Below are positions 1-13,226 of a stretch of 64,000 nt of DNA, in pieces. Both the position numbers and the translations under genes were made by a program. The stretch covers positions 14,198,001 through 14,262,000 of the forward strand of contig OZ024758.1 in the NCBI GenBank assembly GCA_964016885.1. Reading direction: 5' to 3'. Numbering within the stretch: position 1 is the stretch's first letter; each line of letters starts with the position of its first letter. Source of the DNA: Eledone cirrhosa. Lineage: Eukaryota. Below the pieces are notes generated by a model that saw only the letters and a program-made list of their open reading frames with translations, was not told where the DNA came from and did no database searches.

Positions 1-380
1 TTTACGATGATAGGTATTGGAGATTTGACTGCCATATATTGCAAGTCAAGCGAATATGTAGAGACTCCCATATTGCTCCAAACGATATAAGTTTAATTAT
101 ATTGGTCTATTTATCTGATGTATTTCTTGTTTTAGATTTGACTGCTATTTCTTGAAAGTCGAGCAATCACATAGAGGCTCGGAGACCAGAGCCAGGCAGG
201 GGGGGGGGGGGGGGGGGGGGTTGCAGTTACACCTTAGGGTGGTGTACGATGTGCTTCCACTCCTGCCTAATATTAAATGGTGGGGCTACAGGTCTAGAAT
301 GACGATGCTATTTTTCATTGGTGTGGAGGTTACACATCGTTGGAGCATATTCTGAAAGAATGCAAATAATCTTAATGTTT

Positions 381-595
381 GACGGTGGATTGGTAGTGCC
401 AGTAGAGCGTCAGACACCATGCTTCGCGACATAGAGTTACGACTCTTTACGTTCTGACTTCAAATCCCGCCGAGGTTAGCTTTGCTTTTCATCCTTACAG
501 GTCGATAAAATAAAGTACCAGTAATGCACTGGTTCCATTTGATCGACTTTCCCTTCCCCTAAAATTGTTGGCCTTGTTCCTAAATCAGAAAACAT
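381..595 (+). mobile_element. tRNA-derived SINE, family A
   Basis: A-box-like ggtggattgg..agtagagcg, B-box-like cttcaaatccc, core ttcatccttacaggtcgataaaataaagtaccagtaatgcactgg. More than 12 copies in the window. Confidence 0.8.
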
Positions 596-1489
596 CAAAA
601 TATAATATAAAAATGTGAGTGTACACCTGTAAAGTGGTTGGCGTTAGGTGAATTGTTCAGTTATAGAAATCTTACCGAAATGACGTTGTTATCTGACCTA
701 TCTAGTCCCAGACCGTGACAACCCGTCTGACCCATGCCAGCATGGAAAACTGACGCAAAATAATGACGATGATGATGTATTTATCGTTACCTTTTGTACT
801 GGCAGCAGTTCGTATGTCCACCCCTTTCGCCTACCTTTTGTTGTTTGCGGACCTAGATGTGTGCTTGCGTTTTTTTTTCTTTTTCCTTTTTCTTTCTTTT
901 TACTCTTTTTATTTGTAATATTATGATGATGATGGTTATGTTAACAATAAAATATAGTATGATATGTGTGCGTGTGCGCACACACACACATATATATACA
1001 CATACACACTCAAGCAAATAACATGCCATACTCAGTTTATTTCACACTTCCTAACTTGGTTGCGAAGATATCCATCCATCCATTTATATGCTAAACGTGT
1101 TTTTAACCTACTCGGCGAAACAATACAACAAATATTTTTATTACATACTTTATATCACTTTGTGTTATCCATAGTTTACATTCGCTCCTATGCAACCATG
1201 ATAACTCTTAGGTGTTTCCTTGGAGAAGTAAAGTGTGTTATGCAGAACTGTTCTTATCAGGTAAATTACTTTTGTTTATAGCAACAACTATTAAGACTTT
1301 TTGGCATAATCATCATCATCCAACTATCCATTCAGACATAAGTCTGTAAAAGTCTGAGAAAATATCTAAAGTCATGTCAGTTTGTTCTCTTGGTAATCGT
1401 AGCCGCTGAGTCATTCTTTGTCTCCGATAACTGTCGCCAGCCAGCATTACGACTTTCCCTTGATACATATATGTGCGTGTATATGTATG

Positions 1490-1537
<48 letters not shown>

Positions 1538-1875
1538 ATATTATATATATATAATTTCCCACCACAAAGGGATCTGTAACAGACAGGCTGAAGCACCCCC
1601 CCCCCCCCCCATATGCACATACACTCTCTAAAACGATATTTCAAAAATAGAATTTCTTTTACACCCCTACTGTTGCCGATCCCATAGAATTTGTCTCTAG
1701 CTTACAATTCCCCTCTTTGCCACCGCCATCTGAACTCTTGACCAGTCCATTAACACAACTGAGATACACACACATATTTACAGAATATTTCCTTTGTCCC
1801 TATGGTTACCCCCCGATTGAACCCGGGACTCGCACACATACATATATAGATACAAACACACACACACATTATATA

Positions 1876-1915
<40 letters not shown>

Positions 1916-4825
1916 CACAGTTTATTTCCATCCTTATATAGTACTTGAACTGTTTTCTTGTCTTTCTTTTTAAAATAATTTATATTTGATAAATAACTTT
2001 AAATGATCCTCCCAGTCGACATTTCCCTCGCACGAAAAAGAAAACAAACAAAAACAAACTTGTTTCCCATTTGTTCACCGAGTTCCCCGCCACTTATTTT
2101 ATTCGGTCGTTCATTATCCGAAATAATTTTAGTAAGTAAACTTTACGTACTTTTTCTTCTGTGTTTATACAAAAGAATCAGTGGAATCGATTAAATTAAT
2201 GTTCATTTAGCGGATTTGACAATACAAAGAAATAGAAAAATTATTTTTTCTTTTTGGACTTGAATAATTTTATGACATTCAGATCCTGGATTTTGATCGA
2301 ACAGAAAAAAAAAACATATATATATATATATATTTTTTTTTAAGCTGAATATAATGATCGAATTATTTTTATTATTTTGTCGCTGCTAAAAAGAAATACA
2401 GGCTTTTGTTTTCGACAGGTACCCTCTTTCAAGTCATTTAGTACACATTCAAACACACACATGCTATCTATTATAACAAACAATGCCATCATCACAGATG
2501 ACAATAATAATAACAACAATTTTTCTATATAGGTATCAAGTATCCGATTTATTAATAAAAAAGGAAAACGATTGAGTTGTGATGTCCTACTTCTTAACAA
2601 TTGATTGAAATTGTAACTGAGGCTTAAAATCGGGTCGCGAACTGTTCATGGAGAATTTAGCGCCTAAGCACGGCACTCCTTGATACAAGCCCTATTTTTA
2701 AGTGCAGGAAATAAACTTCTATAATTTTGTTTCTACCTTTGGCACAAGGCCAGAAAATTACCTAGTGTATTACTGGTACTTCAAAAATAGGAACATGTTT
2801 ATTACGTTCTTTGTCCTCTCTTTTGTCAAAGTTTTGTAATAACACTGCAAACTCATAGAAAACTATTCTTTATGGATTTAGTTATTTTCTTACGTTAACT
2901 AATTCGGTTAATGTTCTGATTTTTAATCCGACCTAGGTCAGCTTTGTTTTTCATCTTTCCATAGTGAATAAAATAAAATATCTATTAAGTACTGGTCCAT
3001 ATAATCGAAGGTTTCACCTCTCTCCAGATTTGTAGTCGTGTGTCTATGATAGAAATTTCTGTTAGGGGCGCTGGTTCCTCTGTCATATTCACACATAGAT
3101 AGATAATCTAAATATAATTTATTGTTTTTTTCCTGGATTGTTTAGCCAGGGAGGGAAAGGCAGTGTCCATAAACCATTATCGGGACAGGAAGAAGGTATC
3201 TTTAATCTTGTGACATGACCAGAATGCTTGCAACAGTAAGTTCCGTTAAAAGCACTTAATGACCATGTTATGTTGTTTATACTGGCGACATACCATCCAC
3301 CTAGGCCACAGCGGGTTTTGAAATCAGAATACAAAGAGAGAGAAAGACTAAATAACGAAACATCTGGTCCAACGGTCTAACAATTCTGCCAGTGTATTGG
3401 TATTTTATTGAGAAGCAAAGTTAACCAAAAAGATAAAACAATGTAAATATTGTTTTTAAATGTGTTTTCTCTCTCCCCAAATATTGGCAGTGACACATTA
3501 TTCAGTCTAACTTCATAATTGCCCCGTTTCGCTCGTATTTCATGATTTAGAATGTAACAGTAGGAAGGATATGCCCTATACAAATATTTACTTCAACAAT
3601 TAGCAAATGCCTAAGTATGCAAAACGAACTTCATGACATGAAGAAGGAATACACTAGCTAACCGACACGCCTGTACTCTATGTGTGGTGTGTTGGGTGTA
3701 TAAATGTGTCCTTTAAGTATCCATACTTACGTCATGTATTCCATACTTGACGCCGTAGATGATTTCAAACTGGTGGCGATCGGACATGGATTAGTTTTCT
3801 AAGGGAGTTCATAGGAAAGGAAGATGTAAGAAAGCATGGGAAGAAGTAGCGAAGTCAGATATAAGAAGATTTGATCTCACAGATGAGATAACGAAATATT
3901 AAGACAATTGGTGATATGTTATACAATAGACTCATCAACTAATGTTTGCATGTGTTGAATATGTCTGCCTGCCATACTACACATATGATGTTGATGATGA
4001 TGATAATTTTATTGCCATCAAATTTTAGATGAAACAGCAATGCACTCATCGACACTATTATCAATGTGAAAGATGTAAATATAAAGAAAATGTTGTGTGG
4101 ATTTTTTTATGCTTTTGCATTGCGTGAATGTCTAACACTGCCTCTCAAGAGTCTTTCGATTTGCTAGAAATAGCAGCTAAATCTCCCTCGAGTTACATCC
4201 TATTTCTTTAAAAAAAGTAATGTGGGGACACATTAGATAATTTAGTTGTCCATACATATAGTCAGTCTAGTACTGGGGTCGATTCTTTCTCTATATCTCT
4301 TTCTCATTTCTTCTCTCTCACCTTCTATCTTTCTCTGTACTCAGACCTGGAGAGGAATGGGCTCTGCCAGGCTTAAAATGCCCAAGAAACGCCATATGTC
4401 AATACGGCACCCCTATCTGGAGTTCCTAGACCATACATACATACATACAAATGTGTAACACTGTCTCTGCACAGTCGTTCGACTTGCTAGAAATAGCAGC
4501 TAAATCTCCCTCGAATTACACCCTATATTACTTTAAAAAAGTAATGTGGGACACATCGGATACTTTAGTCCTCCATACATGCAAATTGATGGGGGGTGAT
4601 TATTTGAGATGTCGATTTATTCAGATTTATTTTATGTATTTATTTTCTTAATAAACTTGTACAAATAATATTGAAATACAATATTTTTCAGGTTTGGGTC
4701 CTAAAAATGCAAAGCAACTACTGATGAAATGCTGAAACTAACATTATATTCTGTGTTCAAAGATACATACTATTAATAATTTCTTCCTAGAGTAAAATCA
4801 TATAAGAAATTTATTTAAACAAAAT

Positions 4826-6166
4826 ATGGATCCAAAATTGGTGAAAATGTTTAGCTGTGGAATATGTAAAGAGACATTTTCCCTGACTAAGGAATTAAGT
4901 GTCCATATGAAAATACATTCAGATGAAATAAAACCTTTTAAGTGTAAAATATGTGGAAAAGGTTTTACAAAGAATTTTCTCTTGAAAGTTCACATAGAAA
5001 AACACAATGGAAAGCAATTTCATTGTGACTTATGCAACAAAGGATTTTCAGAAAACTATAACTTAAAAATTCATATGCGACTACATACAGGTGAGAAACC
5101 ATTTCATTGCACTATATGTAATGAAAAGTTTTCAACAAATTACTTTTATAAAAAGCATATGATATCCCACACTGGAAAAAATCCTTTTCAATGTAAAATT
5201 TGTGAAGCAAATTTTGCATCTAACTATCTTCTTAAAAAACATGCGAGAATTCATCCTAGTGAGAAGGCGTTTACTTGTGAAATATGTGGTAAAGATTTCT
5301 TTACAAGTTACTTGTTAAAAAGACATGTCAGGGCACATACTGGAGAGAAACCTTTTCGTTGTGAAATTTGTGACAAACTATTTTCAACAGGTTATCTTTT
5401 AAAAAGACATCTTTGGGGTCATACTGGAGAGAGACATTTTTACTGTGAGATTTGTGGAAAAAATTTTGCTTTTTGTGAATCATTAAAAAGGCACTTGAAG
5501 ACACATTATGACGAGCAACGCTACTACTGCGAGATATGTGGGAATGATTTTGCTACAAGTTATTATATGAAATGTCACTTGAGAACACATTCTGGAGAAA
5601 AACCTTTTCACTGTGAAACATGTGGTAAAGATTTCTCTTTTGCTCAATCTTTAGCAAGGCACATTCGAATACACACTGGTGAAAGACCTTTTCTGTGTTC
5701 AATATGTGGGAAAGATTTTTCTCAATATACACAACTAACAAAGCATATAAGAACACATACTGGTGAGAAACCATTCCACTGTGAGGTATGTGGTAAGGAA
5801 TTTTTTGGAAATTCTGATCTAAGGAATCACATGATGATCCACACAGGTGAGAAACGATATAACTGTAGGTTTTGTGGAGAAAAGATATCTACATATTATT
5901 ACTTGAAAAAACATCTTAGATCTCACACTGGAGAGAAACCTTTTCGATGTACGATTTGTGGAGGAAATTTCTCATCTAATTACTTTTTAAAGAGACATGG
6001 ATTGATACACTCTGGAGTGAAAAGTTTTATCTGCAAGGTATGTGGTAAGGAATTTTCATATAATGAATCATTAAGACGGCACCAGAAAGTTCACAAGGCA
6101 AAGGAAACACTTGCCAAGAAAGATTCTTCAAAGAGTTTATTTGTGAAACGAAATCTGGAGATTTGA
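4826..6166 (+). CDS. Tandem C2H2 zinc-finger protein (15 fingers, 446 aa, no KRAB/SCAN/BTB), single coding exon
   Basis: Long intact ORF with 15 C-x2-C-x12-H-x3-H repeats and TGEKP/TGERP-type linkers. A probable 3' splice site (atatttttcag|G at 4691) upstream suggests a spliced 5' UTR. Confidence 0.93.
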   Translation: MDPKLVKMFSCGICKETFSLTKELSVHMKIHSDEIKPFKCKICGKGFTKNFLLKVHIEKHNGKQFHCDLCNKGFSENYNLKIHMRLHTGEKPFHCTICNEKFSTNYFYKKHMISHTGKNPFQCKICEANFASNYLLKKHARIHPSEKAFTCEICGKDFFTSYLLKRHVRAHTGEKPFRCEICDKLFSTGYLLKRHLWGHTGERHFYCEICGKNFAFCESLKRHLKTHYDEQRYYCEICGNDFATSYYMKCHLRTHSGEKPFHCETCGKDFSFAQSLARHIRIHTGERPFLCSICGKDFSQYTQLTKHIRTHTGEKPFHCEVCGKEFFGNSDLRNHMMIHTGEKRYNCRFCGEKISTYYYLKKHLRSHTGEKPFRCTICGGNFSSNYFLKRHGLIHSGVKSFICKVCGKEFSYNESLRRHQKVHKAKETLAKKDSSKSLFVKRNLEI

Positions 6167-6382
6167 TATACAATCAAACATGAAGTGCTTTTTAATTTTA
6201 CATTTTAATGAAACATGTGACTCTTTCTATTTACAATTCTAAGAATTTAACAAGGGGAAAATGCTTGTAGAAAAATTTTTTTTTTTATAGAAAATGCATT
6301 TGATAAATATTTTTTGGCTTGCTTTTATTGTATAAACTATTAATGCAATGAAGATTTGTAAAATGTCTTTCTAACATATAAT

Positions 6383-6539
6383 CAGTGCTAGATTTACCAT
6401 TGTGCTTAAGCACAGGTCTCCGTTGGCCAGTAGGAGCCAATCTTCCTGCCAAAATTTTTTTTTACCTCCATCAGGGTTCAAGTAAGGGGTCTCATAACCT
6501 AATTAGCACAGGGCCTCATTTGTCCTAAATCCAGCACTG
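6383..6539. mobile_element. hAT-type MITE downstream of the ZNF stop codon
   Basis: TIRs cagtgctagattta and taaatccagcactg; 8-bp TSD catataat/tatataat. Relatives at about 56329-56470 and 62421-62540. Confidence 0.75.
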
Positions 6540-6750
6540 TATATAATGGTGTAATATATATACACTTGTATAAGTCACATCTTTTCCCATTAAAATACAA
6601 CAAAAAGCTTGCATGTCACTTATTTACTGGATCTATAAAACCCCTCAGTTCAAAATATATGGTACATTGTAAATGTTATGTAAAACAGAGGTGTAATTTA
6701 TACCATGTTTAAAATGACACTTGGTAAATAAACCATTTGATTGTGTGCCT

Positions 6751-7090
6751 TTAACCCATTACCATTTCAACTGGCGGCTGTATCCGACCAGAATTCTTTC
6801 ACCTCTGTCTGTTCAAAATGGCTGTAACCACCACTCATACTGATGTTAAGGTATTGTTCTCAAAATAAATAGTATCAAAATCTCATAGATTCGATATTAT
6901 GTGAGGTAAAGTGTTCACCATATGTGAAAATATAATTGTTTATACTTTTTGGCACAAGGCCAGCAATTATCCAGTGCATTACTGGTACTTTATTTTATCG
7001 ACCCCGTCGATAAAGGATGAAAGGCAAAGTTAACCTATTATGTGAAAATATAATAGTAAATATAGAGTAATGTAAATGCTAAAGGGTTAG
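6751..7090 (+). mobile_element. piggyBac-type MITE interrupted by a family A SINE fragment (16-bp TSD)
   Basis: ttaaccc...taaatgctaaagggtta ends; TSD tatgtgaaaatataat at 6921-6936 and 7039-7054. Confidence 0.8.
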
Positions 7091-10000
7091 AGTAAACTGG
7101 ATACAAAGATATTTCCCATATTGAACAGTTCATTCCAACTAATACCTGCCTTATTTGTTTTCTTCACAAAATTGCAGACTTCCTTAGTCATTATTGAAGT
7201 CTACTCCAAATTGAAACACACCCTTTATTCATTTTACTCTACAATTATGGTAGCTCTGTGACCCAGGTTTATGTAGTCTGTTGAATACAACCTGCCAATT
7301 TGCGTATCAAAATTTAATCTAAAATTCTTTACGAAATTAACGTCAGTCAGATTCGTATACTCTAATTGACTGTCCGTGAAACATACATATACACCAGGTC
7401 CAAACACAAAGGAACCAAACTGTCACTGCCTCGGTCTCTCCCAATCTCACTATTATGCGTAAATGGAGGCCCACACGCTGGCCACCCCAGTCAACAAAAT
7501 AGAGAATGCATTTCTCCGGAGGATGGTGAGAGAGACATTCCAGCTATCTTATCATTTTCTCATAAAATCATCTTAAGAATTATTGGGTTATTAGTTCAAT
7601 TCTTAATGAAATTAATATTTAGTATTCTTAGTCCAAAGACATTTCCATTTATAAATTCAGATAGCTATTAAGTAATAGTGTGGTGCCTAAGTAATTAACA
7701 GTAGTGGTGGCCTCTTGACTCATGAAACACTTTAAGACATTCCAGGTAGCTGACTGAATTCAAAATATTGGGATACAGTCTTCAAATTGCTGACCTTGTA
7801 CCAAATGTAGAAACAATTATTTTTAATGTTGACTTACTATCTTAGTAATGAAATAATTAATACTTTTATTAAATAGGATCATCTATTTTAAACCACTACC
7901 TGGTCCTTGGGCAACTTAACAGTTCTCTATATTGTAAGTATTCAGGCAAGGAATTCAGTTTGAAGATAATTTCCTTCCACTCCCATTAGTCTGGGAGACC
8001 CTGAAAAATGAAGGAAGGACAGTGTTGAACTCAGCAGACACTAAATCACATCACAGACAAAGTGGGACATGGGGCCAAAAGAGACTATGAATTCAAAATA
8101 TCAGGATACAATCTTCAAAATGCTGACATGGTGCCAAATATAGAAACAATTATTTTTAGCATTTAGTTAATGAAATAATTAATATATATAATCTATAATA
8201 TATATTTAGTAAGAAAATATTCGAGCATCCTATGTGAAGTCACAAGCAGAAACCAAATGAGCTCACAGTCGAATATTTTCCTCATATATATATATATACC
8301 AACTCTGCATCAAGTACTACTTTGATTGGTGGTCTTTCCAGGCTTAGCACCATTGACGCTCCATATATATATACATACATACCGTGCCTTTTTTTTTCTT
8401 TTAATTATTCCATTTGTCAACAGGAAGACCAACAGCTGAACTCTGTTGTGCAACATCCATCACTAAGCAATTTTATTCTATTCAAACAGTTCTGCTATTT
8501 CATATTCTTTTAATAAATAATCTATTTTATTAACTTCTTGTTTTCTTGCTTATTCTAACTAATCTCAACATTGTTGTCAATTCCAGGTTCAATATAAGTA
8601 GAATTTATTTAAACTGGCCATATCCAGCCAGAATTGTCTCACCTCTTCTGTTCAAACTGGTTATAACCGGCTGCTCGAATTTATGTTAAGGTATTGTTCT
8701 CAAAATAAATAATATCAAAATCTCATAGATTCAATATTATGTGCGATAAAGTGTTTACCATGAAAATACAATAGTAAATATAGAGTAATGTAAATGCTAA
8801 AGGGATAAGTTAATTCTTGTTTGCTTTAGACAAATGGATACAATTAGATTTTCAAAACAGTGTCTGTTAAAAGTTTTAAAATAAGAGACTTTGGGCAAAT
8901 ATCTTCTATAACCACAGGTTGACCAATATGCCTTCTGAGTGAAATTTGGTAGGTGTAAACTGCAAGGAAGTCCATCATATATATGCATGTGTGTGTCTCC
9001 ACATTGACACTGCTTAAGCAGTGGTAACATTTGATTTGTATATATACTTCAGAAAATATGCCCTGAAGCTTGGAGTTTTAAGTGCAAAGACAACTGAAAT
9101 AGAATACATTACTTGAAAAGTAGACATGGCACCAGGTTATAGAAATTATGTCCAACCTATGCCAATATGGAAAATAAACACAAATACAAAGGCGATAATG
9201 ATAAATGAGCTTTCGATGAACATCGAGTTTCAAAGATTTCTTAGATATTAAATACATTTTCCTCCATTTTGTGTTACCGAGTAGTACTAATATCTTGTAG
9301 AGACTAATACATTTCTACCACTTAACATTCTATAGCATTTGAGAATTATACACTGACAAACCTCTGTCATGTGTTTCCCAGTTTTTAGAATAGATGGACT
9401 GTACTTCTGCATGGCATAAGGAGCAACTAGTAGAATTGTCATCAGGAAGGATTTCTGGCTGTAAAACTTTGTCTCAAAACATCCCTTCAAACTTATGCCA
9501 AAATGGAATAACAGACTTAAAAACAACGATGATGATGATAAAACGTAAGGTTTTGTGCCTCTTATGTTAGAAATAAATATTTATCATCATCATCAGTTTT
9601 AGGACCATTTAAAAAAAAAATGTTAGTATGGGTTGAACGAGTCCCTTTGAAGCAGAATTTCACGGCCTGCTGTCAACTCATACTTATATTTTGAGCACGG
9701 TACATATCTTCACATATCTAACCGGTGAGTGTTGGAACTTTTGAAAAATCAAAGCTATTGGAATATGCCTTCATATTGCCTACTTCAGAGTTCAGGACAA
9801 CTGCAGCACCCTAAAGATCAAAACTGGATATGGATGGATTGCATCAGTACTTATTTTAAAATATTAAATTATTGAATCTGGATAAAATAAGAGAAATTTT
9901 CAAACCACTCGATGACTTACAAACTAAATGAAGTGTAAAAAAGAGTTTATTTATTTCGACTTTATTTTGTCTGGCAACAGAAATAGAAAAAAAAACATCT

Positions 10001-11973
10001 GGTTATATATATATATATATGTATGTATGTATATATATATATATATATATATTTAAAAAAGGTCAGTGGATCAGAACAGGTAATTGTTAAAAGGTTTTCA
10101 GCCCAACTGTTAAAAAATGATCTTTTGTTTTAAAACAACAGTTCTAAAAAAAATAATAATTAACAGTTAGTTGGAAAGTAAAGCAATCAATCAGCTTTGC
10201 TTATTTGACCGGCAAGAAAAAAATATTCCTATTCAATGAGAAAGTGGTCAAAGTAAACAATGAAATTTGCTATATTTGTTATTAGAGTTGGTTCTCAATT
10301 CTGTTATACGTTCTTAGTACCTAAGTAAAGGATAAAGAAAAGGCGTTGGTAGATTTAAGAACTTTATAGACCTTAAATTAGTATGTTTTGCTAAATGTAC
10401 TTTCAGTAGGTGGCAGCTAACAATGTTATTTCAAGCGTTAAACTAATATATTTCTCCATTATATTATGTTTACTTTGTTATTTGTGTGTACTTATTACAT
10501 TATATGCACATATATATATATATCAACACAATCGGTACAGTATATGGAAGGAATATATTAGTTTAACGCTTGAAATAGCAGGAAGAGGGTCTTAACGTTT
10601 CGGACGCTATATATATATATATATATAGTTATGTAATAAACAACAGAGAGAGAGAGAGAGATGAATATTAATGTAGATGGTAAATGAATAAATACATAAA
10701 AAAAAAAGGAATCCCTTTAAATGAAAGATTTACAAAAATAACTTTTTTCTTAGGGCCGGATGGGGGAGAGTAGAAAGAATTATTAAAGAATTACAATTTT
10801 GTCAGCAACCGAAAGAGGAAATAGGTAAATAGTAGAATAAATACTACTGATTGAATTAATTATAAGTAATGATTTGTATAAAAAATAAAATTAGCAACAA
10901 TGTTGTGTGTGTATATATATATATATATATATGTGTGTGTGCATGTATGTATATATATATGTGTGTATGTATGTATATATATGTGTGTATGTGTATATGT
11001 GTGTGTATGTGTATATATATATGTGTGTGTGTGTATGTGTATATATATATATATATATTCTTTGACCTCTTTCGGTCATCAATGACCATGATATTTGCAC
11101 TTAGAAAGTCTCCCTCTGAGGCACAAGTCCAGGCAGTCTCCCCTCTCCATACCCCTGATGTTGTCCAAGGGAAAGACTATGGCCAATACAGCTTGGCACT
11201 AGTGACATCGCAACTCATTTCTACAGCTGAGTAAACTGTATATATATATATATATGTGTGTGTGTGTATGATGACTGCCCCCTCGTTATCGAGTATGGCC
11301 ATTGCACGATGTACCATTATTAATAATTATCAATTAATTCTATCGTGCAATGCCTGTGCATGAAGATATTTTTTAAAGTGAGGAAAGACTGTGCACTGAG
11401 CCAATCCCACTCTCTGAGCGACAGTAGCTATAACCCGAAAAGAAGAAAAGATCAACATCATCGGTTACTACTGAGCCACAGGTTTTATATCGGAGTTATC
11501 CCAGTTTCCTGAGTTGCCTTCTCCTAGAAGAATGCCCTGACAAAGGCTAGGGGTCCTTCATTCCCAGTGGACACATACATACACACATATACACATATGT
11601 GTGTGTGTTGTGCATATGTCTTACTGCAAATCTTCAAATCACAGAGAACAATGAGTCACAAAAGTAAGACATTAAAATAAAACTCCCACACTATAACAAA
11701 GTGTATGGCAAGAGGGGGGTGGACATGAGGGACAGGGGCTTGTAGGAATAAAAATAGAACTTAAAAACCTATATGTAATGTCATAAGACAGATTGTCATT
11801 AGCTAAAGCAGAATTGTTATTAGTGCTATGAGGTGGGAGGTTTAAAATTATATAACAGTAAACAATATAGGTTAATTGTCAAAAATAATGAGTATTATTA
11901 CATTTTTAGGCTGATAGAGCAGCATTTTCTGCTACATTATCATGTCTGATTCATCAATCTAGCAGTACTATAG

Positions 11974-12017
<44 letters not shown>

Positions 12018-13187
12018 TCAGGACTTGACACTCGAGTTCCGGCAGTTTCATATTACCCACTCTACTACCCCAAGTTTCGAGAACTCAGATGAGTAATAGT
12101 CTAACTGGTTATTACTGCCTCCATTCTGATATATATATATGTGTGTGTGAGTGTTTATACTTATACATGTGTGTGTGTGTATGTATATATATATATATAT
12201 ATAGCTTAACACCTTAGTTACTTTATTAGGTATAAGGAAACCGATTTATGGCAATGAAAAAAGGGGCTGATTATAATAGTATTCATACTTTTGACAAAGG
12301 CAATGTGTGATGTGCCAACTTTCCAACTAGATAGAGAAAGAGGAGAAAGTGGTAATACACTTTTCCAACAAAATGATTTGTATTCTCAGAAGCATTCAGT
12401 CTTAAACATGAATTTCTAAAATGGATGAGAAATGATAAAAGCTGATGTTATGAAGGAGATGAGAAATGATAAAAACTGACGTTATGAAGATGGCAAAGAA
12501 TAGTAACAAACCATGAAACATTTTACTGGAGTAGACCCATCCAACCTGTGTAAACATAGAATAGATTGATCTTTAACTCTCTTGTATTAATATATTCTTC
12601 CAGACTTTGCAGTTACAGAATAAGGAATGGTCCCCATAACTCCAGATAGAGTTGTATGGGCTTCTAGAGCATTTTAAGCCAATTTCTCTCCAGGCCTGAG
12701 TATAGCAGATTTCTTTCAGAGAAAGAGAGAAAATGAGAGGAAGAATCAACTCCATTACTGAACTGGTACTTTTTTTTTTATCGACCTCGAAAGGATGAAA
12801 GGCAGCGTTGACCTCGGCAGGATTTGAACTCAGAGAGCCAGAACAAATACCATAAAGCTTTCTAGCCAATGTTCTAACGACTGCAAATTCACCGCCTAGA
12901 GTAATGAATAACATAATAAATTCATGATGTATCATGGTGTAGCTTAGGAAAGTGATGAGGATGCAGAAATTTTTAAAAAAATGTTTTGATATTAGAAACT
13001 TACAATAAAATCTTTGTATTAATGTAAATAAAATGGAGTCGATTTGTGAATGTGAGTTGGTGTTTATGTTATAAAACAAAGACATTAATGACCTGATATT
13101 AGTGTTTTTAATCCAATGGGGACATAGAGAGGATAAATATATATATATAAAGCCTGACCTGATCTAAATTCACACTAACACACACAC

Positions 13188-13226
<39 letters not shown>

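Noticed and set aside
4133-4580. Duplicated ~120-bp blocks (4133-4250/4456-4580; also 7750-7862/8085-8182 and 41745-41940)
   Set aside because: Local duplications of old interspersed repeat fragments with no sign of function.
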